Positions 1 to 12,430 are shown, numbered from the whole stretch's first letter. The stretch: DNA of 63,719 bases, filler included, from Chiloscyllium plagiosum (GCF_004010195.1; 4 parts of one record of this genome joined end to end with filler, not necessarily neighbours in it); one strand, 5' to 3'. A program made the numbers and translations. Notes: generated by a model not told the origin, from the sequence alone.

Positions 1-441
1 ACTGGAGCGACTGGGCTTGTATATCCTTGAGTTTAGAAGACTGAGAGGGGATCTGATTGAGACATATAAGATTATTAAAGGATTGGACACTCTGGAGGCA
101 GGAAACATGTTTCCGCTGATGGGCGAGTGCCGAACCAGAGGACACAGCTTAAAAATATGGGGTAGACCATTTAGGACAGAGATGAGGAGAAACTTCTTCA
201 CACAGAGAGTGGTGGCTGTATGGAATGCTCTACCCCAGAGGGTAGTGGAGGCCCAGTCTCTGGATTCATTTAAGAAAGAGTTGGATAGAGCACTCAATGA
301 TTGCGGAATCAAGGGTTATGGAGATAAGGCAGGAACAGGATACTGATTAAGGATGATCAGCCATGATCATATTGAATGGTGGTGCAGGCTCGAAGGGCAG
401 AATGGCCTACTCCTGCACCTATTGTCTATTGTCTATTGTCT
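1..441 (+). mobile_element. CR1 LINE 3' end (ORF2 C-terminus + 3'UTR)
   Basis: ORF 17-346 has the CR1 C-terminal motifs RRLRGDLIETYKI, RTRGHSLK and FFTQRVVAVWNALP; ends in a (CTATTGT)n tail at about 418-441. Confidence 0.93.
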
Positions 442-554
442 AACTTTAAGAAATCCTGAGCTAGGACTCATAAGCCTCTTTGTACTTCAGATTTCTGAAG
501 CCTTTCCCTGTTTAGAAAATAACCTATGCCTCTATAGTTCCTACCAAAATGCTT

Positions 555-717
555 AACCTCACACTTTTCCAAATGGTATTCCATCTGCCACTTCTTTGCC
601 CACTCTCCGAGCGTAGTTCAAGTCCTTCTGCAGCCTTGCAACCTCCTTAACATTACCTGTCCCTCCACCAATCTTTGTGTCATCTGCAAACTTAACAATG
701 ATGCCCTCAGTTCCTTC
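555..717 (-). mobile_element. CR1 RT fragment (older copy, abutted by the next insertion)
   Basis: [19 protein letters not shown]...LQKDL in ORF 559-819. Confidence 0.85.
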
Positions 718-1872
718 GTCCATAGAGTCATAGAGACATAGAGATGTACAGCATGGAAACAGACTCTTCGGTCCAACCCGTCCATGCCAACCAGATATCC
801 CAACCCAATCTAGTCCCACCTGCCAGCACCCGGCCCATATCCCTCCAAACCCTTCCTATTCATATACTCATCCAAATGCCTCTTAAATGTTGCAATCGTG
901 CCAGCCTCCACCACTTCCTCTGTCAGCTCATTCCATACACGTACCACCCTCTGTATGAAAAACCTGTCCCTTAGGTCTCTTTTACATCTTTCCCCTCTCA
1001 CCCTAAACCTATGCCCTCTAGTTCTGGACTCCCCTACCCCAGGGAAAAGACTTTGCCTATTGACCCTATCCATGACCCTCATAATTTTGTAAACCTCTAT
1101 AAGGTCACCCCTCAGCCTCTGACGCTCCAGGGAAAACAGCCCCAGCCTGTTCAGCCTCTCCCTGTAGCTCAGATCCTCCAACCCTGGCAACATCCTTGTA
1201 TATCTTTTCTGAACCCTTTCAAGTTTCACAACATCTTTCCGATAGGAAGGAGACCAGAATTGCGCTCAATATTCCAACAGTGGCCTAACCAATGTCCTGT
1301 ACAGCCGCAATATGACCTCCCAACTCCTGAACTCAATTCTCTGACCAATAAAGGAAAGCATACCAAACGCCTTCTTCACTATCCTAGCTTCCTGCGACTC
1401 CACTTTCAAGGAGCTATGAACCTGCACCCCAATGTCTCTTTGTTCAGCAACACTCCCTAAGACCTTTCCATTATGTATATAAGTCCTGGTAAGATTTGCT
1501 TTCCCAAAATGCAGCACCTCGCATTTATCTGAATTAAACTCCATCTGCCACTTCTCAGCCCATTGGCCTATCTGGTACAGATCCTGTTGTAATCTGAGGT
1601 AATCCTCTTTGCTGTCAACTACACCTCCAATTTTGGTGTCATCTGCAAACTGACTAACTGGACCTCTTATGCTCATATCCAAATCATTTATGTAAATGAC
1701 GAAAAGTAGAGGACCCAGCACCAATCCTTGTGGCACTCCACTGGTCACAGGCCTCCAGTATCAAAAACAACCCTCCACCACCACCCTCTGTCTTCTGTAT
1801 TTGAGCCAGTTCTGTATCCTAATGGCTAGTTCTCCCTGTATTCCGTGGGAACTAACCTTGATAATCAGTCTC
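718..1872 (-). mobile_element. 5'-truncated CR1 LINE (young HER1-like subfamily): RT to 3' tail
   Basis: ORFs 1266-1748 (SGVPQG, YINDLD, FADDTK) and 810-1229; (CTCTATGA)n tail at about 718-740; highly similar to copies at 51.1-52.2 kb and 62.4-63.0 kb. Confidence 0.95.
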
Positions 1873-1994
1873 CCTGTGAACCAGATCATTAAGAATCTCA
1901 GCATGGACCCCTGCAGAACTCCACGACTCACGGCTGCCATTCTGAAAAAAACTGGCCTTCTGCCAATTAGTCATGCAAGTACGTAAAAGGGTTA

Positions 1995-2357
1995 AAAACA
2001 ATGACTGCAGATGCTGGAAACCAGATTCTGGATCAGTGGTGCTGGAAGAGCACAGCAGTTCAGGCAGCATCCGAGGAACAGTAAAATCGACGTTTCGGAC
2101 AAAAGCCCTTCATCAGGAATACAGGCAGAGAGCCTGAAGCATGGAGAGATAAGTGAGAGGAGGGTGGGGGTGGGAAGAAAGTAGCATAGAGTACAATAAG
2201 TGAGTGGGGAAGGGGATGAAGGTGATAGGTCGGGGGCGGGGTGAGGGTGGAGTGGATAGGTGGAAAAGAAGATAGGCAGGTAGGAAAGCAAATGTGGCTG
2301 TGGTAGCGAGTTTGTTTCAGGACATGGGTTGAAGAGCTTCAGGGCAGAGGAAATGGC
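1995..2357 (-). mobile_element. Penelope-like element 3' terminus (pLTR) with hammerhead motif
   Basis: Same terminal sequence as 44860-45001, which is linked across a gap to a GIY-YIG coding fragment. Confidence 0.8.
2089..2116 (-). ncRNA. Minimal type-I hammerhead ribozyme motif
   Basis: Minus strand reads CUGAUGA-A-GGGC-UUUU-GUCC-GAAA-CGU-C; stem I is short (UC/GA). Confidence 0.8.
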
Positions 2358-2364
2358 CCATATG

Positions 2365-2557
2365 ATTGTATAAACCTCCATAAGGTCACCTCTCAGCCTC
2401 TGACGCTCCAGGGAAAACAGCCCCAGCCTATTCAGCCTCTCCCTATAGCTCAAATCCTCCAACCCTGGCAACATCCTTCTAAATCTTTTCTGAACCCTTT
2501 CAAGTTTCACAACACCTTTCCTATAGGAAGAAGACCAGAAATGAATGCAATATTGGA
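2365..2557 (-). mobile_element. CR1 ORF2 fragment
   Basis: KLERVQKRFRRMLPGLEDLSYRERL in ORF 1992-2510. Confidence 0.9.
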
Positions 2558-3003
2558 ATAATTATTAAATAATACAAATTGATGGAAATATATTCTGTTC
2601 ATTGTTCAGGAATTTGAATGTCGTGATTAGCATTCTAATTTAAATTTCAGTCAGTCTCCTCTATTGCAAATTCTGGCTCACACTGACTGTCAGACACGAC
2701 AGATGGTAGAGAGCTAGGTGCCTGGAGACAGACAAAAGGGGAATACTTGGAGTGCCTGTATAACTAGAATAGTGTCTCAGAAAACGGAGTCTCGCTGAGT
2801 TTTTGAATGAGAATGAACTGAAGGAAAAATTGTATAAAATCCCTCAGCATTGTCTGATTCATGACAAATATCTCAGAGATTTTTGTCTGGAATTGGCTCA
2901 CAGACATTTTTATTGCCATCTTCATATTTTGGTTTACAAGCAGTGAAGCACTCAGTGACATTTTATTGAAATAAAATGGTGCAATATAAATATAATTTGT
3001 GTT

Positions 3004-3017
3004 GTTGCCATGGCAAC
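3004..3017. promoter_or_regulatory. Perfect RFX X-box palindrome GTTGCCATGGCAAC
   Basis: Exact 14-bp consensus in apparently non-repetitive DNA; function not shown. Confidence 0.5.
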
Positions 3018-3034
3018 TCTGGTCGTTAATTAAC

Positions 3035-3489
3035 CTTACAAAATGTCCAGATTACAGAGGAGAAAGTGCTGGATGTCTTGAAACAGTTAAAAGTGGATAA
3101 ATCCCCAGGACCTGATCAGGTGTACCCGAGAACTCTGTAGGAAGCTAGAGAAGTGATTGCTGGGCCTTTTGCTGAGATATTTGTATCATCGATAGTCACA
3201 GGTGAGGTGCCGGAAGACTGGAGGTTGGCAAATGTGGTGCCACTGTTTAAGAAGGGCGGTAAAGACATGCCAGGGAACTATAGAGCGGTGAGCCTGACCT
3301 TGGTGGTGGGCAAGTTGTTGGAGGGAATCCTGAGGGACAGGATGTACATGTATCTGGAAAGGCAAGGACTGATTCGGGATAGTCAACATGGCTTTGTGCG
3401 TGGGAAATCATGTCTCACAAACTTAATTGCATTTTTTGAAGAAGTAACAAATAAGATTGATGAGGGCAGAGTGGTAGATATGATCTATA
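3035..3489 (+). mobile_element. CR1 RT N-terminal fragment running into an assembly gap
   Basis: VPEDWRLANVVPLFKKG, NYRAVSL and SQHGFVRGKSCLTNL. Confidence 0.93.
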
Positions 3490-4391
3490 NNNNNNNNNNN
3501 NNNNNNNNNNNNNNNNNNNNNNNNNNNNNNNNNNNNNNNNNNNNNNNNNNNNNNNNNNNNNNNNNNNNNNNNNNNNNNNNNNNNNNNNNNNNNNNNNNNN
3601 NNNNNNNNNNNNNNNNNNNNNNNNNNNNNNNNNNNNNNNNNNNNNNNNNNNNNNNNNNNNNNNNNNNNNNNNNNNNNNNNNNNNNNNNNNNNNNNNNNNN
3701 NNNNNNNNNNNNNNNNNNNNNNNNNNNNNNNNNNNNNNNNNNNNNNNNNNNNNNNNNNNNNNNNNNNNNNNNNNNNNNNNNNNNNNNNNNNNNNNNNNNN
3801 NNNNNNNNNNNNNNNNNNNNNNNNNNNNNNNNNNNNNNNNNNNNNNNNNNNNNNNNNNNNNNNNNNNNNNNNNNNNNNNNNNNNNNNNNNNNNNNNNNNN
3901 NNNNNNNNNNNNNNNNNNNNNNNNNNNNNNNNNNNNNNNNNNNNNNNNNNNNNNNNNNNNNNNNNNNNNNNNNNNNNNNNNNNNNNNNNNNNNNNNNNNN
4001 NNNNNNNNNNNNNNNNNNNNNNNNNNNNNNNNNNNNNNNNNNNNNNNNNNNNNNNNNNNNNNNNNNNNNNNNNNNNNNNNNNNNNNNNNNNNNNNNNNNN
4101 NNNNNNNNNNNNNNNNNNNNNNNNNNNNNNNNNNNNNNNNNNNNNNNNNNNNNNNNNNNNNNNNNNNNNNNNNNNNNNNNNNNNNNNNNNNNNNNNNNNN
4201 NNNNNNNNNNNNNNNNNNNNNNNNNNNNNNNNNNNNNNNNNNNNNNNNNNNNNNNNNNNNNNNNNNNNNNNNNNNNNNNNNNNNNNNNNNNNNNNNNNNN
4301 NNNNNNNNNNNNNNNNNNNNNNNNNNNNNNNNNNNNNNNNNNNNNNNNNNNNNNNNNNNNNNNNNNNNNNNNNNNNNNNNNNNNNNNNNNN
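3490..4391. other. Assembly gap
   Basis: Run of N. Confidence 1.
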
Positions 4392-4781
4392 ATCCATTGC
4401 TTTCCTCTTAGGCCCTGGGTTTGTTCTGTTTCTGTTTAACCCCTTTGCAGTGGCTAGTAAATGACAGGTTGTGGTGGCAATCAGGAGATGGACAGAGAGG
4501 CTAGTCTGCCTTGACACTCCAGCCCTTTTGTTGTACAGCAGGGGCTGATGGGTCAGACAAGTCATTGCCTGTGGTTTGCTACATGTTGCAATGCTTGGGT
4601 GAGGAACCAGACTGGTTTCAAATAATCATCGAACTAGGACCTGTTCAGTTGTAGACTGCTGAAAGAGCATTGTAAACCTCCTGTACTCCGTTTTCATACA
4701 GAACATTCAGGATGGCGAGGGTCATGTTCACGTCCCACTGAATGACATTGTGCCTGTTTTCAGACCATCTATTCCACCCAG

Positions 4782-5127
4782 TCATAGAATCATAGAATCC
4801 CTACATTATAGAAGCAGACAATTCAGCCCATCAAATCTGTATAAACCCTTCGAAAGGCATCCCATCCAGACCCACCACCCCTGCCCAATCCCCGTAACCC
4901 GACCAATCCTATGGCTAGTACACCTAACCTACACACCCCGGACAATTTAGCACAGCAAATCAACTTCACCTGTACATCTTTGGACTGTGGGAGGAAACAG
5001 GAACACCCAAATGAAACATATGCAAACACAGAGAGTGCATGTAAACTCCATACAGATATGCCCGAGGGTGGAATCGAACCTGGTTCCACTGTGAGGCGGC
5101 AGTGCTAACCACTGTGTCACTGTGCCG
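4782..5127 (-). mobile_element. HE1-like tRNA-derived V-SINE
   Basis: Minus strand has an A-box-like TGACACAGTGG, B-box GGTTCGATTCC, the V-domain-like TTCCTCCCACAGTCCAAAGATG and a CR1-like tail (ATTCTATG)n. Confidence 0.85.
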
Positions 5128-5479
5128 CTGATGCAGCAAGCTGGCCCTGAATCCACCCGACCCATTCTCTGGAAATGCTGCAGTTTTCAATCAGCCTCAA
5201 GGTCAACTACAAAGACCATCTGCTATCCTCCCCGACTTTCCAAAAACAGGAAAGAAAATAGTAAAATTCCATTTTGTACAACAGGTAATTGCCTCTGCAG
5301 GAATAAGAATATCTTTCACTTATGTAGTGTTTGTAATGTAGTAAAACTTACCAAAGCAGTGCTTTAAAGCAGGCATTAGAAAAAAATACAAAATGTACAG
5401 AGATGGAAAAAAAAGTTTGAGCGAGATCTTCAAAATCATAAAAGATTTTGATGAGACATTAAGAGCAAATATTCTTTCT

Positions 5480-6310
5480 TATTTATTCATCGTATGGGGT
5501 TTGATGGGTAAACAGTATATATTATTTATCCTGAATTCCCTTGGAGAAGTGGTGGTGAACTGTCTTCCTGAACATTTGCAGTCTTTGGGAGTGTAAGGAT
5601 ACCCATCGTGTTATTAGAAAGGGAGTTTGACCCAGTAACATTGAAGGAACTGTTAGATATTTCCAAATAGGGGGAGGTGATGGCTTCACGCTATTATCGC
5701 TAGATTATTAATCCAGAGATCCAGGTAACATTCTGGGTATGTGGATTGTATCCCACCATGGCAGGTGATGGAATTTGAATTTAATAATAACATGTCCTTC
5801 CAGATGGAAGCATTGTAGGTTTGAAAAATGCTATCGAAATAACCTTGATGAATTTCTGCAGTGCATCTTGTAAGTAGTACACCCTGCTGCTACTAAGTGT
5901 CAGTGGTAGATACACTGGATTCTTGTGGATGTGATGCCAAAATCCAATGGGCTGCACTGTCCTGGATGGTGTCAAGGTTGTTGAATATTGCTGGAGCTGC
6001 ATCCATCCAGGCAAGTGGAGAGCATTCCGTCACCCTCCTGACTTGTGCCTTGTGGATGGTGGACAGGCTTTGGGGAGTCAGGAGATGAGTGACTCAATGC
6101 AGTATTCCTAGTGTCCAAACTGCTTTTGTAGCCATTGTCTTTATCTGACAAGTTCAGTTGAGTTTTAGTTAATGGCAGCCCCAGGATATTGATAGCACAG
6201 GACTCTGCAATGGTAATGCCATCAAATGTCACGGTATGATAGTTAGATTCTCTCTTATTGGTGATGGGCATTGACTGGCATTTTTGTGGTGTGAATATTA
6301 ATTGCCATTT
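5480..6310 (-). mobile_element. LINE family B (CR1/L2 group) 3' part, with a Deu-like SINE head inserted at about 5670-5783 (+)
   Basis: Degenerate YKAQVR..MEY.PLAWM region shared with 56.8-59.0 kb. Confidence 0.75.
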
Positions 6311-6314
6311 TCCT

Positions 6315-6500
6315 TCTACTGAAGAGCATAACCACACATTTTCCCATATTATATTCCATCTGCAAAGTTCTGCCTACTTGTTTGACCTGTCGATAGCACT
6401 CTGCAGATTCTGTGTCATCCTTACCACTTGCCTTTCTACCTCTTCTTGTGTATTCCACAAACCTAGCAACAGTACATTAACCTTTCTCATCCATGTCAAT
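6315..6500 (-). mobile_element. CR1 RT fragment
   Basis: QMEYNMGKCVVM motif; degenerate. Confidence 0.7.
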
Positions 6501-7089
6501 ATGGCCTCAGCACTGACTTCTATGTCAAGGTTAGCTCATAGAGAGTGAGTGCCATGACAGTGAGCAAAGAGCGCAGAGATACAGCCTGGTCCAGTCCATG
6601 ACCTGGGTGTCTTCCTGAACACTCAGTGTCCTCACTGAAGCATTGCAATAACAGTTGCTGGTGCTGAGGTGCACCACTAAAATGCAGAGCATGCTGTAAG
6701 TGGATTGGAAATGTACCATGAGAGTTTTTAGAGGCTGACACAGGTTAGAGGGTTGGAGTGGCAGGATGGAATGTGCATGAGGTTAATGCTTATGGGGCAT
6801 GCCCTGAAATGTTGGAGCCTGGGGTTCAGCATGGAGTTTCTTTGGAGCAAGTGTTGAGCTGAATGTGCCAGGGGCCCGCTCTGACATCCATGTAGACAAT
6901 TCTCAGCCTATTTGGTAAGATTGGGAGCTGAATTTTAAAGGGGCGAGTTGTGGTGTTAATAAGGTGTTTACAAGGTATATCCACCTTGACTAGCAATTTG
7001 CTGCTGCCTGACATGAAACAAAAATTAGTAAAGATAAAATATTTGTTCATTCATGCCTGATGGATCTGACTGATGTTTTTTGAGGACAT

Positions 7090-7295
7090 AGCTGAAAATG
7101 TGTTCCTGGAAAAGTGCAGCAGGTCAGGCAGGATCCAGAGAACAGGAGAATCGACGTTTCGGGCATAAGCCCTTCTTCAGGCTTATGCCCGAAACGTCGA
7201 TTCTCCTGTTCCCTGGATCCTGCCTGACCTGCTGCACTTTTCCAGCAACACATTTTCAGCTCTGATCTCCAGTATCTGCAGACCTCACTTTCTCC
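7090..7295. mobile_element. Fold-back mini-Penelope insertion with 14-bp TSD
   Basis: Inverted arms 7090-7170 / 7181-7261, 34-nt tail, TSD TTTTTTGAGGACAT at 7076-7089 and 7296-7309. Confidence 0.9.
7153..7180 (-). ncRNA. Hammerhead core (stem I clipped by the inversion junction)
   Basis: CUGAAGA-A-GGGC-UUAU-GCCC-GAAA-CGU-C. Confidence 0.75.
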
Positions 7296-7314
7296 TTTTT
7301 TGAGGACATGACTA

Positions 7315-7650
7315 TCATAAATAGAAGAATGTCTCTGAAAATCATTTAAACTGATTTCTTAAATGCATTTGGTGAAGACCTTCTTAATAAACTGTTTGCT
7401 GAAGCTGAAGGTAAATTGAAATTGAAGGTAAATTATTGACCTAGTTAGGAAATTAGCTGAGTCGTACAAGGCAGGGAATAAGGATAATGAGCATGTTCTC
7501 TAATTGGCAGGATGGGACTAGTGGCATCCCAGTGGTGTCAAAGTTAGAACCTCACTGTCAACTCACTATACTCATTAATAACTTGGAAAATGGACTAGAA
7601 AGCCAAAGTTGCTGCTAACACAAGGATAGGCAGAAATATAAGCAATTAAA
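7315..7650 (+). mobile_element. Old CR1 RT relic
   Basis: Degenerate DF.KAF, W..VTSG.PQ and KFA.DTK-like sequence. Confidence 0.6.
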
Positions 7651-8274
7651 TATACATATGATGTGTTGGCCAGAGGACGTTGGGGATGTTGTGAAGAGCT
7701 GGTTTATTCAGTTGGCTAAGTGGCTAGTTCATATTTCAGATTATCAGAATTGGGATTTGCTTCCTCACTTTGCCTTTGAGCCCATGACAAAGTACCGTTT
7801 ACCAAGACTGCCAAGAAAACAGCTTTGAACAAAAAGTCAACATAGAGTGAATCAAGGGCTTGCCTCTGGCCAGAGTACACATGAATGACAATCTCCCCAC
7901 ATCCAATGACAAGAGGTCAAATATAAACACATCGGAAAATAAGGCGCTCAGAGGACCAGCCTGTATCCATTGATTTCATTTGATTCATTTATTTCATTTA
8001 CTTATTTTCATGTGTGTTTTGTTACAAAATACAGTGAAAAGTGTTGCAGAGTTTTCCACACTCCAACAGCCATGAACATCTTCCTCTGAGCTGGGTATGA
8101 TGCCAGCCAGCAGAGAGTTTACCCCCGATGCCCAGTTTTGCTGGAGCTCCTTGATGCCCCACTCGGTCGAATGCCGCCTTGATGTCAAGGACTGTTCCTT
8201 TCATCTTATCTCACTTCACTTGGTATCCATTGAAGTGGGAGTAAGTAAAAGTGTTGAAGCTTCAAAAAGAATTA

Positions 8275-8940
8275 AAGAATCATAAAATCATACAGTACAA
8301 AAGAGATCTTTAGCCCATCAAGTCTATACTGCCAAAAATATTTTATGACCTACACTCGCCCCACACTTCACTAGTAGATATTGAATACTATGACATTACA
8401 AATGCTCATCTAAATGCTGTTCAAAAGGTTTTGAGGTTTCCTGTCTCACCTTCCTTCCTCGGTCTTGCATTTCAGATTCCTCTGGGTGAAAATATTGTTC
8501 CTCAATCTCTTCGACACTTTAAGTCTGTCCCCTTGTTATTGAGAATTCAAATAAAGGGAACAGCTGCTCTCTATTCACCCTGATACATGCCCTTCATAAT
8601 CTTATCTACCTCTATCAGGTCCACCCTCAACTTTCTCTGCTCCAAAGAAAATAATTCAAGCTTATCCAGTCTCTCTTCATCACTGAAATACTTCAATGCA
8701 GAAACATCCTGGTGAATCTCCTTTGCATCCCCTCCAGTGCAATCACATCCTTCCTATAGTGTGGTGACCAGAACTGCATATAGTACTTCAGATGTGACTT
8801 TACCTAAATTCTGTACCTGTCGCTCCAACATTACCTCCTCGCTCTTATAATCTATGGCACAAATGATAAAGGTAAGAGTTCTAAATACTTACTTAACTAC
8901 CCTATTAACCTGTCCCACTACTTTCAAGAATCTGTGGAGA
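8275..8940 (-). mobile_element. Old CR1 3' fragment
   Basis: Nucleotide similarity to the other CR1 3' ends; tail near 8275-8292. Confidence 0.7.
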
Positions 8941-9400
8941 ATATTTACCAGGACTCTTGCAAGGACTGGAGAAATTTAGTTATGAAGACAGATTGGATAG
9001 ACTAGGGTTGTATTGTTGGAGCAGAGAGACTGAAAGGGGACATGATTGAGATGTGTAAAATTATGAAGGTTATGTACAGGATAAATTGGAAGGAACTTTT
9101 CTGATTGGTGGAGGGCTCAACGACCGGGGGCATAGATTTCAGGTAAGGGACAGGATATTTAGTGAGGATGAGATGAAATATTTTTACACCCAGACATTGA
9201 TGAGAGTCTGGAACTCACGACCTGTAAGGCAGAAACCACTATAACATTGATGAAATATTTACATGTGCACTTGCAATGCCAAGGTTATGAGCTAAGTGCT
9301 GGAAAATGGGATTAGCATAGTTAGGTAATTGTTTTTGACCGGCACAAACTCAATGGGTTGAAGGGCCTTTTTCTGTGTTGTAGATCTCTATGATTTTGAT
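8941..9400 (+). mobile_element. Old CR1 3' fragment, inverted relative to its neighbour
   Basis: Degenerate RL.GD.IE..KI and TRGH.F motifs, CTCTATGA tail. Confidence 0.7.
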
Positions 9401-9839
9401 CTGCAATGAGTGAAAAAAACAAAATTTGAAATGTTTTGTGTTCAGTTCAAAAGAGGCGGAAAAGACAGACAACAAAAAGCAAATGAAAGAGATGTAAAAG
9501 AGAGAGAGAGGATGATTTAAACATTTTATATAGTCACAGTTCTATTAATATTGCTTTGAAAATCAAGGCAGGAGCTAAGTTACAATGGGATGTATACATC
9601 ATTGCAAAAGGGAAGGAAGCTATCTACAATTGATACTCGAACATATGCATGGAGAAAACATGACACACTGACCTTGCACCATCAATCTGCCAGTTCGCCA
9701 TGAAAAACAACTAACCCAATTGTTAAATTGTTCCATTTGGAATCACGTGCAGCTCCTTCCTGCAAAGTGTGTGCATTATTTTTCATTGTGCTATTCTGGA
9801 GCACAAAGGCATAAATATGCCTTGGATTTCCTTTTTCTA

Positions 9840-10290
9840 TAAGACCATAAAAAAAGGAACTGGAATAGGCCATTCAGCCCCTTTAGCCTGCTCTGCCATT
9901 CAATGGGTTCATGGTTGATATGACACTCCTCACATCCACTTCCTGTCATTTCTCCTTCACCCTTGATTCCTCCAACTGATCAAGAAACAATGAAAAAATG
10001 AGGACTGCAGCTGCTGGAGATCAGAGTCGAAGAGTGTGGTGCTGAGAAAGCACAGCTGGTCAGGCAGCATCGAGGAGCAGGAGAATCAACGTTTTGGGCA
10101 TTCCTGATGAAGAGCTTATACCCAAAATGTCGACTCCCCTGCTTCTCAGTTGCTACCTGACTGGCCGTGCTTTTCCAGTACCACACTCTTCGACTCTGTT
10201 TAAGAAACTATCTTAGCCTTAAATATACATAAGGAATCTGCTCCACAGCTCTCTGAGGGAAGAAATTCCTCTCATCTCAATCTTATATTT
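9840..10290 (-). mobile_element. CR1 3'UTR relic interrupted by a mini-PLE
   Basis: AGGCCATTCAGCCC 3'UTR motif; continues after 10198. Confidence 0.7.
9993..10198. mobile_element. Older fold-back mini-Penelope with a decayed hammerhead (+ strand, about 10105-10131)
   Basis: Imperfect inverted arms; CTGATGAAGAGCTTATACCCAAAATGTC; degenerate TSD AAGAAAC(A/T)AT. Confidence 0.8.
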
Positions 10291-11374
10291 TCGTGCCTGT
10301 GATCCTTCTTGGGACATGACTGCTGTGACCTTGTCAGGATAGTTAAACGTTACTCTAACTTTTATTGTGAAAGATAATGGAAAATAATTATCCTTGACAT
10401 TAAGGCATCTTTTGACTCAAAGTTGTATCAGGCAGTGAGTAAAATTGAATTCAATGGGAATTGGAAGGGCATCTCCATTTGCTGGAGTCACACCTAACTT
10501 TGATACAAAGATGGCTCTGGTGTTAACCCCAGGACATCACAATTGGACTTCTTAGATTTTAAACTCGACCCTCTTCAGATGCTTCACTTCGAACATTAGA
10601 GGTCAGATTTTCACTGAGTTGGGCAACTCTAAAAATGGTATGCAGAATAAATTCAAGGATTCCACCCTTATTCCAAACTCCAGCATTTTTTAGCAGTACA
10701 TGGCTGTGGGTAGCTGCTGCCCTACCTCTGGTCAGTTTGAGTAAGGAATAGACATCTCATGGATTCTCAGCCCTTCAGAGGATCTGTGAAGCATTGTTGA
10801 ATGCAAGAACCTTTTGAAAAATTTATTTTAAAAGTCTTAACTGTGTCTCCTCCATGTTTAATAATCCTTCCATACAAATTCATTTCCCTGCTTGGCTGTC
10901 ATACTCCGATGTCTCTTTCATGGACCTATAATGTACCAATAACATTGTCCATGCACTAGACACACCCTGCACACCCCCTTTTATCAAGGTGTCTTAATGT
11001 CTTTATTATGAATGCTTGGTTGACGCATTAGCTTAGCAGTGGTTTGATTTCATAGATAGAAGCATAACTTTTGTTTTGATAAATTAATATTTTTATGAGG
11101 TAATAATAAGATGGGTCGGTCAAGTCAGGAAAGTTACGGGCTTGAGCTTCCCACCTTGATGGCAAAAATTGGGCTCAAGGAGAAATGTGGGTATGTTTAC
11201 TAATGTTCCATAGTGTTTCAAAACATTCACAAATTCTAAGATATTGAAGCAGTCTGTGCACATATGCAAGAGGAACTGGACTACTTTCAGTTTTGGATCA
11301 GTAAGTGAAGTTAGCATAGGTAGCTCATAAGAACCAATGTAATGACCATAGCCAACCAGAGACAATCTATCCAT

Positions 11375-11675
11375 CTCCCATTATCATTGGTGAATCCTCC
11401 AACATCAACATCAATACCAATCCATGACCTCTAAAAGACAAAGACAGCAGATGCAAGGGAAGGCAACCTACTGCGACACATCCTGACTTGGAACAATATT
11501 GCTATTCCTTCACAGCCACTGCATGAAAATCCTGGGATTCATTCCCTTACAGCACTGTGGGTGCATCTCCACCATGTAAAGTCCAGCAGTTCAAGAAGCT
11601 GACTCCAGGGCAACCAAGGATGGTCAATAAAGGTGGGCATTTTCAGCAATGCTCACATTCCAGTAATGAATAAAA
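11375..11675 (+). mobile_element. LINE family B 3' end
   Basis: Tail GGATGGTCAATAAAGGTGG...AATGAATAAA matches the other family B ends. Confidence 0.7.
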
Positions 11676-12224
11676 CAAAAACAAATTAATTCCTTTTGGG
11701 AATGGGATCAGAGGTAGCAGATATGTCAACAATGATGGCTTAGATTCTGGAACTGTTTATCATTATCGTACATTGGTAGTTTAAACTGTTACTGGAAAGA
11801 AAGATGCAGGACAGTCAGTCATTTGGATCCACAACTCTTCTCATACTGAAGAAAAATCCTACAGAAGTTTTGTAGGACAGAAACAGCTAAAATATCTGCG
11901 GCTCCACCCACTGCCTCCTTACTGTCTGAAAATAGATCTTGCTCACAGAGCGACACATTGTATGCTGGGGAAAAAAGAGATTGCAAGAACTGGCAGCTAC
12001 TTGTCTGTACAGCACATCCTCAGGAGCCTTTAAACTAATTAACAAAGCAAGTGATTTCATAAATAAATAATAGTAAAGCCATTCCATTGTTTTGAGAAGC
12101 ATAGATTGCATTGCCCATCTGTTCACGAGATTAAAACATTGATATACAGACAGGTCAATAGTTGCATTTGATTGTTCTGCTTTGAAACAATAAGCAGTCT
12201 GCCTTTCACATAATTCAAGAGTTT

Positions 12225-12430
12225 TTTTCATTCGTTCATGATGTATGGGTGTTACTGATTTGGCCAGTATTTATCACCCAATCGATCTGATGGAAGTTAG
12301 AAGTCAACCCCATTGCTATGGGTCCGGAGTCACACCGAGGCCAGACCAGGTAAGGATGGCAGTTTCCGTCCCTGAGTTAGTGAACTAGATAGGTTTTTGT
12401 GACAATTAATTGTGATTTTATACATTTGAT
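12225..12430 (-). mobile_element. Deu-like SINE fragment
   Basis: GTCAACC.CATTGCT...GGCCAGACCAGGTAAGGATGGCAG shared with 20700-21072. Confidence 0.7.

Noticed and set aside
2773..2947. 57-codon open frame CLRKRSLAEFLNENELKEKLYKIP...
   Set aside because: No start, no convincing splice sites and no recognisable homology; length is within chance.
3153..4565. Longest ORFs (428 and 380 aa)
   Set aside because: Their length comes from reading through an N gap; the real part is CR1 RT or chance.
4680..5290. Possible exon (TTTTCATACAG acceptor near 4700, CAG|GTAATT donor near 5284) split by a SINE
   Set aside because: No recognisable peptide, and the simplest rejoining of the flanks gives a stop codon.
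6500..7020. GC-richer unexplained segments (also 10600-11130, 13860-14070, 15290-15540, 55180-55570), possibly DNA-transposon relics
   Set aside because: No TIR pair, TSD or protein motif that I can support by eye.
7090..7295. Fold-back elements as classical MITEs, pre-miRNAs or terminators
   Set aside because: Variable 11-15 bp TSDs, asymmetric tail, variable centres and identity to PLE termini fit Penelope-type retrotransposition better.
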